From NCBI GenBank assembly GCA_963716725.1, contig CAVQUB010000011.1:128001-192000 (forward strand): 64,000 nt of DNA. Direction: 5' to 3'. Positions 1 through 10,653 of this stretch are shown in pieces. A model generated the notes under the pieces. That model was not told where the DNA came from. It saw nothing but the letters and a program-made list of their open reading frames with translations, and made no database searches. This DNA is from an uncultured delta proteobacterium. Its GTDB lineage: Bacteria > Myxococcota_A > Polyangia > Polyangiales > Polyangiaceae. The number at the start of each line of letters is the position of its first letter. Position 1 is the stretch's first letter. The translations under genes were made by a program, and so were the position numbers.

Positions 1-1889
1 CTGTCCTTCTCGCAGCCGCAGAAGGTCTCGTTGCCGCCGCCCACACGACAGACTGGCCCGGCGGCGTTGCCCGTGCACTTGGAGTCATCGTCCGGCGCGC
101 AGACCGCGCACTTGCCCGTGAAGGTGTTGCACGCGGACTTGCCGGTCGGGCAAAGCGATGTGTTGGTCTTGGAGCACTCACCGCAGGTGCCGTCGGCTTG
201 ACACGCGGGGTTGTTCGGATCGCTGCACTCTGCGTCGGTCTTGCAGGGCTGACAGGTCTTGGTCGTAGGGTCGCAGAAGGGCTTGCTCGCCGGACAGTTC
301 TTGTCGCTGTCGCACTCTTGAATAGTGACCGTCGTCGCTTGCTGCCCGGGCGTGACGGGATCGCCGTCGGAGAGCCAGCTCTTCTTGGTGCCACCGGCCA
401 GACCCGAAGCCTCGATCTTGCCCTGGTTTTCGATGCTGCCGCTCGCAGCGACGACCTTCACGCGGAACTTCACGCTCACCGTACTGCCCACCGGCACCGT
501 GCCGCCCGTGGTGCCGTTGGCGCCAGCGCCAAGGCGAACGGTCAGCGTCTTGGTCGGCGCGTCGTACTCGCCCTGATCCGCGTCCTTGGCGTCGGTCTTG
601 GTGCCCGCGTTGGGGCTGCTGACGACCTGGAGGCTGCCCGCGACATATTCGAAGCCGGCGTCGAGCACGTCGGTGAGCACACTGCCGACGGCGGTGTCAT
701 TCCCGCTGTTCTTGGCAGTGAGCGAAAACTCGACGACGTCCCCGGTGAGCAGCGCGCCGCCGTTCAGATCTGTCGCCTTCTTGTCGAACTCGAGAAAGTC
801 GGGCGCTTTGTTGGTGAGCGACGTGACGAAGCCACCCAAGATGAAGATGTCGAGGCTCGACGCAGCGCCGACCTTGGCGGAGGTGTCCCCGGCCTTCACC
901 AAGCTGGTCACGTTGGTGGTGTCGAGATCGAAACCAGCCATTGTGCCGGGCTTGCCCGAGAGCTTGGGCACGTCCGAGGCGCCGCTGACGGGGCTACCCA
1001 GGTAGCTCCGCGAGCTGTTGAAGAAGTTGTCGAGGGGGTTCTCGGTGTCCGCGAGCTTGGTGCCGTTGAAGGTGAAGAAGTCGCCAGTGTAGACCGTGTC
1101 TCCCTCGTAGGTGAACGCGGTCATCTTGGCGGTGAAGCCCGTCGGAACCAGGAAGCCCGAGAGCGTGACCTCGGCCTTTTCTTGCCCAGCAATGCCGGGA
1201 TCGATGGAGGTGAAGCCGTCGAAGAGCGCGAGGTTCCGGAGCTCGTCCCCGAGCTTCTCGTAGAACACCACCATGCTCCACGCCGAAAAGGCGCGGTCGA
1301 CCTCGACGCCCACGAGCGGAAGCGCTTCGACGCCGGTGACGCGGAAGTCCCCGCTGCCCCACTTGGCGACGTAGTCCGTCACGTCGGCGCTGGACTGGTA
1401 GTAGTACCAGTCCGGGTGACTCGCGAAACCGTATGACATGGACCAGCTGTCATCGGCGTTCACCGTCTGGATGGGGCCGCCCTTCCAGTCGAGCGCGACG
1501 TTCTTGTCCGCGGTCGCGCCGACCTTGAGCGCCGACCAGTAGAGCCGTGCGTAGGTGACCTTGGCGCCAGCGGGGATCGACAAGGTCGCGCCCGTGCGCG
1601 CCTGCTCCGGCGTGATGGTCGCGTTGGCGACGTTGTCGCGCCAGTAGAGATCCGGCGCGGTGTCGTCGATTAGCGTCTGGGTCGCGCACGAGGTGGTCGT
1701 GCCGGTGGGCGGCGCCGGGACCGAGGTCGAGCAATCGATCGCCAAGGTGCTGCCGAAGACGACGACGTCCCCCTGGGCGTCGGCCTGGTGGCGCAGCTTG
1801 GGCGGCGCCGCGAGGGCCAATGACGCGAGAAGTCCGGCGGAAAGGAAGGAAGCAGCGGCAGTCCGGTAGCGACTGGCAGGTGAGACCAT
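1..1889 (-). CDS. Large secreted/cell-surface protein: DUF3344-like N-domain, DUF11-like Ig domain, Cys-rich repeats (3' end beyond window)
   Basis: Absent from the ORF track because it runs off the edge. Hand translation from ATG 1889: signal peptide MVSPASRYRTAAASFLSAGLLASLALA; motifs VTYARLYWSA, SADVTDYV, AWSMVVFY, NLALFDGF; DUF11-like GDVVEFSLTAKNSGNDTAVGSVLTDVLDAGFEYVAGS; then repeats CDSDKNCPASKPFCDPTTKTCQPC... Confidence 0.8.
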   Translation of the reverse strand, partial: MVSPASRYRTAAASFLSAGLLASLALAAPPKLRHQADAQGDVVVFGSTLAIDCSTSVPAPPTGTTTSCATQTLIDDTAPDLYWRDNVANATITPEQARTGATLSIPAGAKVTYARLYWSALKVGATADKNVALDWKGGPIQTVNADDSWSMSYGFASHPDWYYYQSSADVTDYVAKWGSGDFRVTGVEALPLVGVEVDRAFSAWSMVVFYEKLGDELRNLALFDGFTSIDPGIAGQEKAEVTLSGFLVPTGFTAKMTAFTYEGDTVYTGDFFTFNGTKLADTENPLDNFFNSSRSYLGSPVSGASDVPKLSGKPGTMAGFDLDTTNVTSLVKAGDTSAKVGAASSLDIFILGGFVTSLTNKAPDFLEFDKKATDLNGGALLTGDVVEFSLTAKNSGNDTAVGSVLTDVLDAGFEYVAGSLQVVSSPNAGTKTDAKDADQGEYDAPTKTLTVRLGAGANGTTGGTVPVGSTVSVKFRVKVVAASGSIENQGKIEASGLAGGTKKSWLSDGDPVTPGQQATTVTIQECDSDKNCPASKPFCDPTTKTCQPCKTDAECSDPNNPACQADGTCGECSKTNTSLCPTGKSACNTFTGKCAVCAPDDDSKCTGNAAGPVCRVGGGNETFCGCEKD

Positions 1890-1988
1890 GAAGGTACAAT
1901 TACCACCCTTGCCTACATCTGACTACCGGAAAATTTGTCCGCTGTCCCTGGAACGGTGGGGGGTCGGGCGTCACGTCATTTCGGGCAC

Positions 1989-2615
1989 TTAGAGCCCGAG
2001 GGCGTGCGTCACGAAGGGCGACATCATGGCCGCGACCAGGACGGCAAAGATCAGCGCCACCCAGGCGACCCGAGCCGTCGCCACCTCTTCATGCGCTGGC
2101 CAAGCGTCGAGCATGAAGCCGAAGACCACGCCGCGGCCGCTCGCGTGGGTGACGCTCCAGAACAGCCCGGCCGAGAGGTACAGGATGCTCGAGGCGAGCA
2201 CGTTCGAGGCCCAGGTCGGCGGGTAGCGCCCATCGCGCAGCACGAGCCAACCGTCGTAGCACCAGCTCGCGGAGAACATCCACGCGGTCAACGCGACGTA
2301 GATCGAAGTTAGCCCCTCGCGCCGGCGAACCGCTCGATACAGGGTCCCGACGCTCCAGGGCGCGGTGAGATACGTGAGCACGCTCATCAGCGAGGCATCC
2401 ACCGCGTCCCAGGTCGGATCACCGCTGTAAGGAGCGATCACCACGAAGAAGCCCGCCGCGAGCCCGAAGGTGACGAGCTTCCAGGGCCGTCCCAACCCGA
2501 GAGCGTAACCCCGCGACAGCAGCGACAGCGCCTTGCGCCGGCGAAACGCCACCACCACCGCGAGCAACGTAGCGAGCCCCCACAGCCCCATGTAGACGCG
2601 GAACGGCCAAGGCAT
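1989..2615 (-). CDS. Hypothetical multi-pass membrane protein
   Basis: C-terminal ~208 aa of track ORF 1989..4991 from ATG 2615 (MPWPFRVYMGLWG...); ~6 hydrophobic segments, motif GDPTWD; TAGCCT -10-like box 8 nt upstream. Confidence 0.7.
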   Translation of the reverse strand: MPWPFRVYMGLWGLATLLAVVVAFRRRKALSLLSRGYALGLGRPWKLVTFGLAAGFFVVIAPYSGDPTWDAVDASLMSVLTYLTAPWSVGTLYRAVRRREGLTSIYVALTAWMFSASWCYDGWLVLRDGRYPPTWASNVLASSILYLSAGLFWSVTHASGRGVVFGFMLDAWPAHEEVATARVAWVALIFAVLVAAMMSPFVTHALGL

Positions 2616-2672
2616 GCCCGAGCAGGCTAGCCCGAAGCGGAGCGCGTCGGGAGCCATGGTAGCTTCTCGGCC

Positions 2673-4031
<1,359 letters not shown>

Positions 4032-4040
4032 GTTCGGGCC

Positions 4041-5480
4041 GTGACCCCCGACGCGAGCGCCTCCCTCACCCCGGGCACCCAACTGGGGAAGTACCAGGTG
4101 GTCCGGCTGCTCGCCGCCGGCGGCATGGCGGAGATCTACCTGGCACGGTCCAGCGGCCTCGCGGGCTTCGAAAAAGCGGTGGTGCTCAAGCGCATCCGCC
4201 CGAGCCTGGCGGCCGATCCGAAATTCGTCGACATGTTCCTCGACGAAGCGCGGCTCACCGGCAGCCTGAACCACCCCAACGTGGTGCAGGTGTACGAGGT
4301 CGATCGCCTCGGCGACAGCTACTTCTTCACGATGGAGTTCGTGCACGGCCGGGACCTGACCAGCGTGCTGGCTGCTTGCGGGCAGAAGAAGCGCGGTTTC
4401 ACGATGTCGCTGGCGCTGCACGTCGTGAAAGAGGTCGCCGCAGGCCTGCACTACGCCCACGACAAGAAGGGCCGCGACGGTCAACCCATCGGCGCCGTGC
4501 ACCGCGACGTGTCTCCGAACAACGTCATGCTCACTTACGAAGGCGCGGTGAAGATCGTGGACTTCGGCATCGCCAAGGCCGCGGTGCGGGTGACCCAGAC
4601 CGAAACCGGCGCGGTGAAGGGCACCGTCAACTACATGTCGCCCGAGCAGGCGCAGGGGCACGACGTCGACCGCAGGAGCGACGTGTTCAGTCTGGGCGTC
4701 TTGCTCTACGAGCTGACCACGGGGCGCCGGCCCTATTCGGCGCCCAACGATTTCGCCGTGCTCTTCAAGCTGGTCAACGAATCGCCGCCCTTGCCCAGCG
4801 AGCGTCGCGCGGGCTACCCGCCCGCCCTCGAGCAGATCGTGATGAAGGCGATGAGCAAGCGGCCCCAAGATCGCTTCGCCACGGCGGACGAGCTCAGGCA
4901 AGCCCTCGACGAGTTCGCACGGAACGAGCAGCTGGTGTCGTCGACGGCCAACCTCGCCGCGTTCATGCGCGAGCTCTTCGACGAGCGCCAAGACACAGCG
5001 GATCTATTCGCGCTCCCGGCGGCTCCCGAGGCGAACTCCACTGCATCGCCGAGAGCGGCCGGCGCGACCGTCCCCATCACGCCTGCGCGGCCGACGGCGG
5101 CGCACCCCGTGGTGACCACCCGCGTGACTCTGCCCATCGAGCGCCCGCGCGGGTGGATGATCGGCGTGGCGCTGGTCGTTATCGCCGGCGCCGCGCTCTC
5201 GTGGCGCGCGCTGTCGGAGTCCGAGGCGCCGGCAGCGACCGCGCCGACTGCAGCCGAAGCGCTGCCGACGCCGCCGACCTCGACCCCGGCGCCGAGCCCG
5301 AGCGGGGTGGCGACTCCTCCGAGCGCGACCTCCGCGGTCGTGCCCCCCGCGACCCCCGCCGAGGTCAGCGCGCGAAAGACCGCACCGCCACCACGCACAA
5401 CGGCCTCGAGCCCACCGCCGTCGCCCTCCGCCGCGGCATCGACCAAGAAGTGGGATCTCGACTCACCGCTTCCGCCGTGA
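4041..5480 (+). CDS. Membrane Ser/Thr protein kinase (Hanks type)
   Basis: LAAGGMAEIY, VVLK, HRDVSPNN, DFGIAK, YMSPEQ, DVFSLG; TM at GWMIGVALVVIAGAALSW; Pro/Ala/Thr-rich tail. Confidence 0.95.
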   Translation: MTPDASASLTPGTQLGKYQVVRLLAAGGMAEIYLARSSGLAGFEKAVVLKRIRPSLAADPKFVDMFLDEARLTGSLNHPNVVQVYEVDRLGDSYFFTMEFVHGRDLTSVLAACGQKKRGFTMSLALHVVKEVAAGLHYAHDKKGRDGQPIGAVHRDVSPNNVMLTYEGAVKIVDFGIAKAAVRVTQTETGAVKGTVNYMSPEQAQGHDVDRRSDVFSLGVLLYELTTGRRPYSAPNDFAVLFKLVNESPPLPSERRAGYPPALEQIVMKAMSKRPQDRFATADELRQALDEFARNEQLVSSTANLAAFMRELFDERQDTADLFALPAAPEANSTASPRAAGATVPITPARPTAAHPVVTTRVTLPIERPRGWMIGVALVVIAGAALSWRALSESEAPAATAPTAAEALPTPPTSTPAPSPSGVATPPSATSAVVPPATPAEVSARKTAPPPRTTASSPPPSPSAAASTKKWDLDSPLPP

Positions 5481-5504
5481 CATGACCCGCGCGTGTCGCG
5501 ACGA

Positions 5505-6293
5505 ATGTGGCCAGCCCTGGTGCTCGCGGTCGTGTCCGCCGCGCCGACGGCGCGTGCCGCTGAGGGTGAGCTGAAGCCGGCAGCAAAGGCCCACCTCGAT
5601 CGCGGCCTCGCGCTGTACGCCGAGAAGGACTACGAGGGCGCGATCCGCGAACTCTCGCAGGGCTACGCCATCGACCCCAAACCCGAGCTGCTGTACGCGC
5701 GCGCTCAAGCCGAGCGGCTCGGCGGCCACTGCGATCAGGCCATCGAGCACTACGAAGGATTCCTGGCGACGGACCCGGAGCCGGAGCGCGAAGCCGCAGC
5801 CCGCGCGAACCTCGCCAAGTGCAAGGACGAGCTCGCCGCCAAGCAGCCCGATCCCTCGCCCCTGCCGGCGCCGACGCCCGTTCCTGCTCCGACGGTCGCG
5901 CCGGCTCCCACGCCAGCGCCCGTCCGCACCGCCGCGCCGCCCCCCGTTCGCGAAGCGTCGCCCTGGTACGGCGACGTGTTCGGCGACGTGCTGCTCGGCA
6001 GCGGGATCCTGGCCACCGGAGTGGGCGGCTTCTTCGTGCTCACCTCCTACGCGAGCGAGTCCACGGCCAAGGCCGCTGGCACCGCGCCGAGCGGAGAGAC
6101 CTACGAGGGCCACCAAACGCGCATCCAGCGTGCCGAGCGACAGCGGACCACGGGTGTGATCGTCGGAGGCGTCGGGCTCGCGCTGATCGGCGGAGCCCTG
6201 CTCCGCTATTCGCTGCGCGATCCGTCGCCACCGAAGGTGGGCCTCTGGGTCGGACCGGGGCAGGCCACCGTCAATTACGGGCGAGCGTTCTAA
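5505..6293 (+). CDS. Secreted TPR protein with C-terminal hydrophobic hairpin (myxobacterial TPR/PEGA-like type)
   Basis: Signal peptide, TPR-like helices (AHLDRGLALYAEKDYEGAIRELSQGY), Pro linker, two Gly-rich hydrophobic segments, terminal ...YGRAF; start 5493 or 5505. Confidence 0.75.
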   Translation: MWPALVLAVVSAAPTARAAEGELKPAAKAHLDRGLALYAEKDYEGAIRELSQGYAIDPKPELLYARAQAERLGGHCDQAIEHYEGFLATDPEPEREAAARANLAKCKDELAAKQPDPSPLPAPTPVPAPTVAPAPTPAPVRTAAPPPVREASPWYGDVFGDVLLGSGILATGVGGFFVLTSYASESTAKAAGTAPSGETYEGHQTRIQRAERQRTTGVIVGGVGLALIGGALLRYSLRDPSPPKVGLWVGPGQATVNYGRAF

Positions 6294-7612
6294 TGCGCAT
6301 TCGCGTCGGCCTCCTCGCGCTGTTGTGGTCCGTACCGGCCTGCAGCGTCGACGATCTGCCTTTTCGTTGTGACGCCGACGCTGCGTGCGTGCGTGGTGGT
6401 GACCCAGGCGTGTGCGAGGCCAACGGCTATTGCAGCTTTCAGGACTCCGACTGCGCCGACAGCAAGCGACGCTTTGGGGTCCACGCACCCGAAGGTGTCG
6501 CCGACCGCTGCGTGCCCGCCTGCGTGACGCAGCTGGCGCTGGGTCAGTTCCACTCGTGCGCGCTGCTGAAGGACGGCAGCATCCGCTGCTGGGGTGACGC
6601 CCGGGACGGGCAACTCGGCAACGGCAAGTCGGGCACGCAGAGCTACGCGACCCCCGTGGAGGTCGATCCGGCGGTTCAGCCCGCCGCCTACGTTTCGGCG
6701 GGAGAGGACCACACCTGTGCGGTGAAGAACCCGGAAGGGAGCGTGTGGTGTTGGGGCTCCAATCAAGGTCTTCAGCTGGGAGTTGGCAGCGCCAAAGAGC
6801 CGGGCCCCGTGCAGGTGACGATGGCGACACCGCAGCAGCAGCCCGCGGTCGCGGTGGCGGCAGGTCTGGTGCACTCGTGCGCGCTCGGCTCCTGGGGCGC
6901 GCGCTGTTGGGGCGGGTGCAAGGGCGGACAACTCGGGAGCAAGGTGGGCTGTCCCGCCATCGGCGTGCTTCCTCCGGTGGAGGTCGACTGGAAGGCCGAC
7001 ATCTTGGAGATCGGCGTCGGGCTCGCGCACACCTGCGCGCTGCCCGCCTTCGGCAAGCTGCGCTGTTGGGGAGTCAACAGCGTGGGCCAGCTCGGCACGC
7101 CTCTCGGAGTGAATCAAGCGTTCCCCACCGAGACTGGGGTCACCGCGCAGCACGTGTCCGTCGGCGCGGGGCACACCTGCGCAATGATGGACGGCACAGT
7201 CGCGTGCTGGGGGAACAACGAGCAGGGTCAGCTTGGCGTGCCCGGCCCTCCCTCGGCAAAACCAACGTTGATCAAGCTCGAGACCAACGCCAAGAGCGTG
7301 AGCGCGGGCTACGCGCACAACTGCGCCGTTCTCGTCGACGGTCGCCTGTCGTGCTGGGGCTCCAATCTGTATGGACAGATGGGTTCCGCGGCGGAGCCCG
7401 GCGTGAAGCCCTCGGCGCCGGTGATCGTCGATCTGCCCGAAGCGGTTGCCAGCGTCAGTTGTGGGCGCGAACACAACTGCGCGATCGCGACCAGCGGTCG
7501 AGTCTACTGCTGGGGTCGTAACGACTACGGCCAGCTCGGCAACGGCGACTCCGGCTCGACCGAGGCAAATCCGGCCCCCGATCCGACGGTGTGGAAGTCC
7601 CTCTGCCGATGA
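6293..7612 (+). CDS. RCC1-repeat beta-propeller lipoprotein
   Basis: ATG overlaps upstream TAA; lipobox VPAC; seven repeats of G..H.CA....G...CWG.N..GQLG. Confidence 0.9.
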   Translation: MRIRVGLLALLWSVPACSVDDLPFRCDADAACVRGGDPGVCEANGYCSFQDSDCADSKRRFGVHAPEGVADRCVPACVTQLALGQFHSCALLKDGSIRCWGDARDGQLGNGKSGTQSYATPVEVDPAVQPAAYVSAGEDHTCAVKNPEGSVWCWGSNQGLQLGVGSAKEPGPVQVTMATPQQQPAVAVAAGLVHSCALGSWGARCWGGCKGGQLGSKVGCPAIGVLPPVEVDWKADILEIGVGLAHTCALPAFGKLRCWGVNSVGQLGTPLGVNQAFPTETGVTAQHVSVGAGHTCAMMDGTVACWGNNEQGQLGVPGPPSAKPTLIKLETNAKSVSAGYAHNCAVLVDGRLSCWGSNLYGQMGSAAEPGVKPSAPVIVDLPEAVASVSCGREHNCAIATSGRVYCWGRNDYGQLGNGDSGSTEANPAPDPTVWKSLCR

Positions 7613-7706
7613 GGTGTAGGGGCCGAGCCAACACCCGGCGCTGCGCTGCGTCGGGCACGGGCCCACGGGGAACGGCAGAACTCTCGGTCATTTCGCGCCG
7701 TCCGCC

Positions 7707-7723
7707 TTGGCAGCCTTCCTGCA
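7707..7723 (+). promoter_or_regulatory. Putative sigma54 (-24/-12) promoter
   Basis: TTGGCAGCCTTCCTGCA: GG(7709-10)-N10-GC(7721-22), ~57 nt upstream of ATG 7780. Confidence 0.6.
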
Positions 7724-7779
7724 TTGAGGTTCAGCGAGCCCGGACGAAACCCCGGACAACTCGAAAGGACGAACCAGCC

Positions 7780-8853
7780 ATGAGCACGCGACGCATCACG
7801 AACACCTCGGCCCTCCTCCTCGGCGCCTTGGCGGCAGCCCTCGCCGTCGGTTGCGGGGCGGTCAACGACGAGCGCGACGAGAGCCCGGAGGCCGGCGAGA
7901 TCGCAGAGGCGCTCGAGCTCGACAACGGCGGGATCGAGGCCAGCGACGAGGCCCCGATGTTCGCCCAGGCGGATATCTTCGCCGACGCGATCGATCCCGA
8001 GGCGCCGGTCGTCGATGAGCTGGAGGCGACCCCCACCGTGGTGGAACTGAAGCAGAAGCCCGACGCCGCCAAGATCGAGGTCGCGCTGATGTGGGGACAG
8101 CTCCCCGGCAGTCTGACCAACAAGACCCCCTACAACTGGAGCGGCAAGATCAGCGTGAGCCGAGGCGCCCTGCTCGTGCGCCGCACCATCCGCTTCGAGG
8201 ACCCGGGCGACCAGCTGTTGCCGCGCAAGGACCCGCGGGAGGTCGCGTTCACGGGCGTGACCTTGCCGCACCACGACGGGTTGCGGCTCACGGTGCTCGA
8301 CCCCGATCCGCTCGCGCCCGATCCGTTGGTCCTGACCTACGAGAACAAGGCCGGCATCGTCTACTCGGCCCCGATCGGCGAGCTGATGGGCAGCCCCGAG
8401 AGCGTGCCCGTGGACGACGCCGGCAATCGATTCGTCGGCGTCGCGATGGCCACACCGGTCGATGTCTGTCAGTTCGGCATGCTGGGCGGCAAGTGGCACC
8501 GGGTTGCCCCCGGCCGCGGACACCTGATCGGCCTGGTGACCAACCCGGTGGGCGATCCGATCGGGCACGCGAAGGGGATCTGGGGCGAGCGCAAGAGCGG
8601 CGAGCAGGTGTTCTTCGGCAAGTACATCGACAGCCAGGGTCACTTCCGCGGCATCTTCGCGGGCAAGTACGGCGAGGGTCACTACCAGGGCAAGTGGCTG
8701 CACGCCGCGGGCGAAGCAGGAGCGCTCGGCGGGCACTACTTCGACGCGCCCGGCAAGCCTGGCGGGAAGTTCATGGGCGGTTGGGCCGAGACGACCTGCA
8801 ACATGAAGGTCGGTCCGGGGGCACCCCCGCCCCCACCGCCGCCCGCTCCCTGA
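7780..8853 (+). CDS. Hypothetical lipoprotein with Gly/aromatic beta-rich C-terminal repeats
   Basis: RBS-like GAAAGGA, signal with lipobox LAVGC, repeated G-x3-G-x-[WY] motifs; strong codon bias. Confidence 0.8.
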   Translation: MSTRRITNTSALLLGALAAALAVGCGAVNDERDESPEAGEIAEALELDNGGIEASDEAPMFAQADIFADAIDPEAPVVDELEATPTVVELKQKPDAAKIEVALMWGQLPGSLTNKTPYNWSGKISVSRGALLVRRTIRFEDPGDQLLPRKDPREVAFTGVTLPHHDGLRLTVLDPDPLAPDPLVLTYENKAGIVYSAPIGELMGSPESVPVDDAGNRFVGVAMATPVDVCQFGMLGGKWHRVAPGRGHLIGLVTNPVGDPIGHAKGIWGERKSGEQVFFGKYIDSQGHFRGIFAGKYGEGHYQGKWLHAAGEAGALGGHYFDAPGKPGGKFMGGWAETTCNMKVGPGAPPPPPPPAP

Positions 8854-8876
8854 AGCAGCCCAGCTTGGCGAACGAG

Positions 8877-8907
8877 ACGCCCCTCCCCCGAGGGGCGTTT
8901 GGTTTTT
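8877..8907 (+). terminator. Intrinsic terminator
   Basis: Stem ACGCCCCTC-cccc-GAGGGGCGT followed by TTGGTTTTT, just after stop 8853. Confidence 0.75.
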
Positions 8908-8983
8908 GTGTGCGCTAAAGATCTCGTCGCTCGTGCCGTGCAAATTGTCGAGGCCCGGCATTGGGACCGGCCTCGGGAGGACC

Positions 8984-9652
8984 ATGGGACGACGGCCCGA
9001 CAGACGCCGACATCGGCGCGCTCGAATCGCAGCGACGGCGACGGCGTTCCTAGAGCACGAACGACTGGGAGACTACCTGGTCGAGAATGTCTCGGCGAGT
9101 GGCGCGCTGATCAGCTTGGGGCCTTTGCTGGCGGTGAGCGATGAGCTTCGAATCTCCCTCGCCCTGCGCAACGAACAGCCCCTCAGCATGGCAGCAACGG
9201 TCGTACGCAGCGCCCTCTTGCCCGGTGGTCGCCGCGGGCTCGGTCTCGAGTTTCGAAACGTGGACCCCGAGGTCCAGGATACCCTTCAACGAGCCGTGCT
9301 TCGAGAGCTCGAAGCGGCCACCGAACCGGCGGTGCTGGTGGTGGGCGAGCCCTGCGCTCTGGTCGTGACCTTGATCCGCGACGTCGTGCGTGCCGGTCGC
9401 GGCGTCCTGTATGCGTCCACGCCCCTCGAGGCCATCGGTCTGGTGGAGGTCGCCGCCGCAAAGGTTCAAGTCGTGCTCTGCCTGGCCGGCGGCAGCGTCG
9501 AGCGAACGTGCGCGCTGATCAGCGTGCTCGGCGGCGGGCTCCCGGAGGCGCGCTGCGTGGCAGTAGGATCGCCAAAATGCCAAAACTGCCCGTCGCTGGC
9601 GGTTCCCTGGGGGAGAGCTGCGCTCGCGAGCGCCGTGGCGCCGGGGCGCTGA
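8984..9652 (+). CDS. PilZ-domain protein with degenerate receiver-like C-terminal domain
   Basis: RBS GGGAGG; RxxxR (DRRRHRR) and NxSxxG (ENVSASGA) motifs, GLGLEF. Confidence 0.75.
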   Translation: MGRRPDRRRHRRARIAATATAFLEHERLGDYLVENVSASGALISLGPLLAVSDELRISLALRNEQPLSMAATVVRSALLPGGRRGLGLEFRNVDPEVQDTLQRAVLRELEAATEPAVLVVGEPCALVVTLIRDVVRAGRGVLYASTPLEAIGLVEVAAAKVQVVLCLAGGSVERTCALISVLGGGLPEARCVAVGSPKCQNCPSLAVPWGRAALASAVAPGR

Positions 9653-9655
9653 GGC

Positions 9656-10612
9656 TCACAAGGCTCGGACCCAGCGCGTCCAATTGGCGTTGGCGACCGC
9701 TGGCGTCTCGCCGGTGACGGCCGTGAACGCCTGCTGCCCGCTCGGATCCGTTGCAAATGAGTCGCGCCATTGCTGGTAGAAGCGCCAGAGCAAGCCGCGC
9801 TGATCCATCCACTGGCAGAAGTAGCGCGCCGTGGCGTAGTTCAGGTCCTCGCGCGCGCCCCGGAACTCTTGGTCGCTCATGGCGAACAACGCCGGCAAAG
9901 TGGCGTGCTCCCGCTCGGCGCGCGAGCCCAGGGCAGCCGCGAGCCGGGGATGGCGCCAGTTCTTGCTGCCGCGGATCTCACCCGCACGCGGCAGGTGGAA
10001 CTGCTCGAACAACGACGCGATGCCTTCGTTGATCCAATCTGGTGCGGAGGGAAAGTCGGTTTCGACCAACGGATGCACCAGCTCGTGGGTGAGCGTTCCG
10101 ATGCCGGGACCGACGTTCATGATGATCTTGCGCTCGCTCGCCAGATAGAAGCCGTAAGGCGAGTGGCACTTCTCGCGCCACAGCTTCTTGCAGTAGGCAT
10201 CGTAGGGGGCCGCGTTCGGAAACAGGTACACGCTGACGACTCGCTCCGGTCGCCGATGAAAGCGATCGTTGAAGTAGGCCGCGAGGGCTCGACGGGTCAC
10301 GTCGATGGCTCCGGCGAGAGCAACTCGACCCGCCGGCGCGGCCACCAGGAACACGCCCTCGACCACTTCGGTGTCGGTCTTCGCGCCAAGCTCCTGCTTG
10401 GCGAGGGCGCGCTTGGCCTCCAGATCTGCCGCGAGATCATAGGCCGGCGGCGGCGGTGGGGACGGCGCGGGCGCCGGCGGCGGAACGCCCGAAGACGGCG
10501 CGGGAGGCCCGGCCATCCTCGCGATCCTGAGCGGAGGACGCTCGACGGGTGCCGCGCTCTCCGGCGAGCAGGCGGCGAGGATCAGGGCCAAACCGATGGC
10601 GGGCAAGCGCAT
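9656..10612 (-). CDS. Lipoprotein, gluzincin-type zinc metallopeptidase (peptidase MA/DUF1570-like)
   Basis: Lipobox LAAC; TLTHELVH followed by WINEGIASLFE. Confidence 0.8.
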   Translation of the reverse strand: MRLPAIGLALILAACSPESAAPVERPPLRIARMAGPPAPSSGVPPPAPAPSPPPPPAYDLAADLEAKRALAKQELGAKTDTEVVEGVFLVAAPAGRVALAGAIDVTRRALAAYFNDRFHRRPERVVSVYLFPNAAPYDAYCKKLWREKCHSPYGFYLASERKIIMNVGPGIGTLTHELVHPLVETDFPSAPDWINEGIASLFEQFHLPRAGEIRGSKNWRHPRLAAALGSRAEREHATLPALFAMSDQEFRGAREDLNYATARYFCQWMDQRGLLWRFYQQWRDSFATDPSGQQAFTAVTGETPAVANANWTRWVRAL

Positions 10613-10653
10613 GTTGGAGCCTCGCCGAGGCGACGCGGAGTGTGACCGACGCG

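Noticed and set aside
198..1436. 412-aa plus-strand ORF
   Set aside because: Antisense shadow of the real minus-strand gene ending at 1889; no motifs.
1..1889. Assigning the symbol traA
   Set aside because: The head domain is not recognisably the TraA type, and the C-terminus and neighbouring gene are outside the window.
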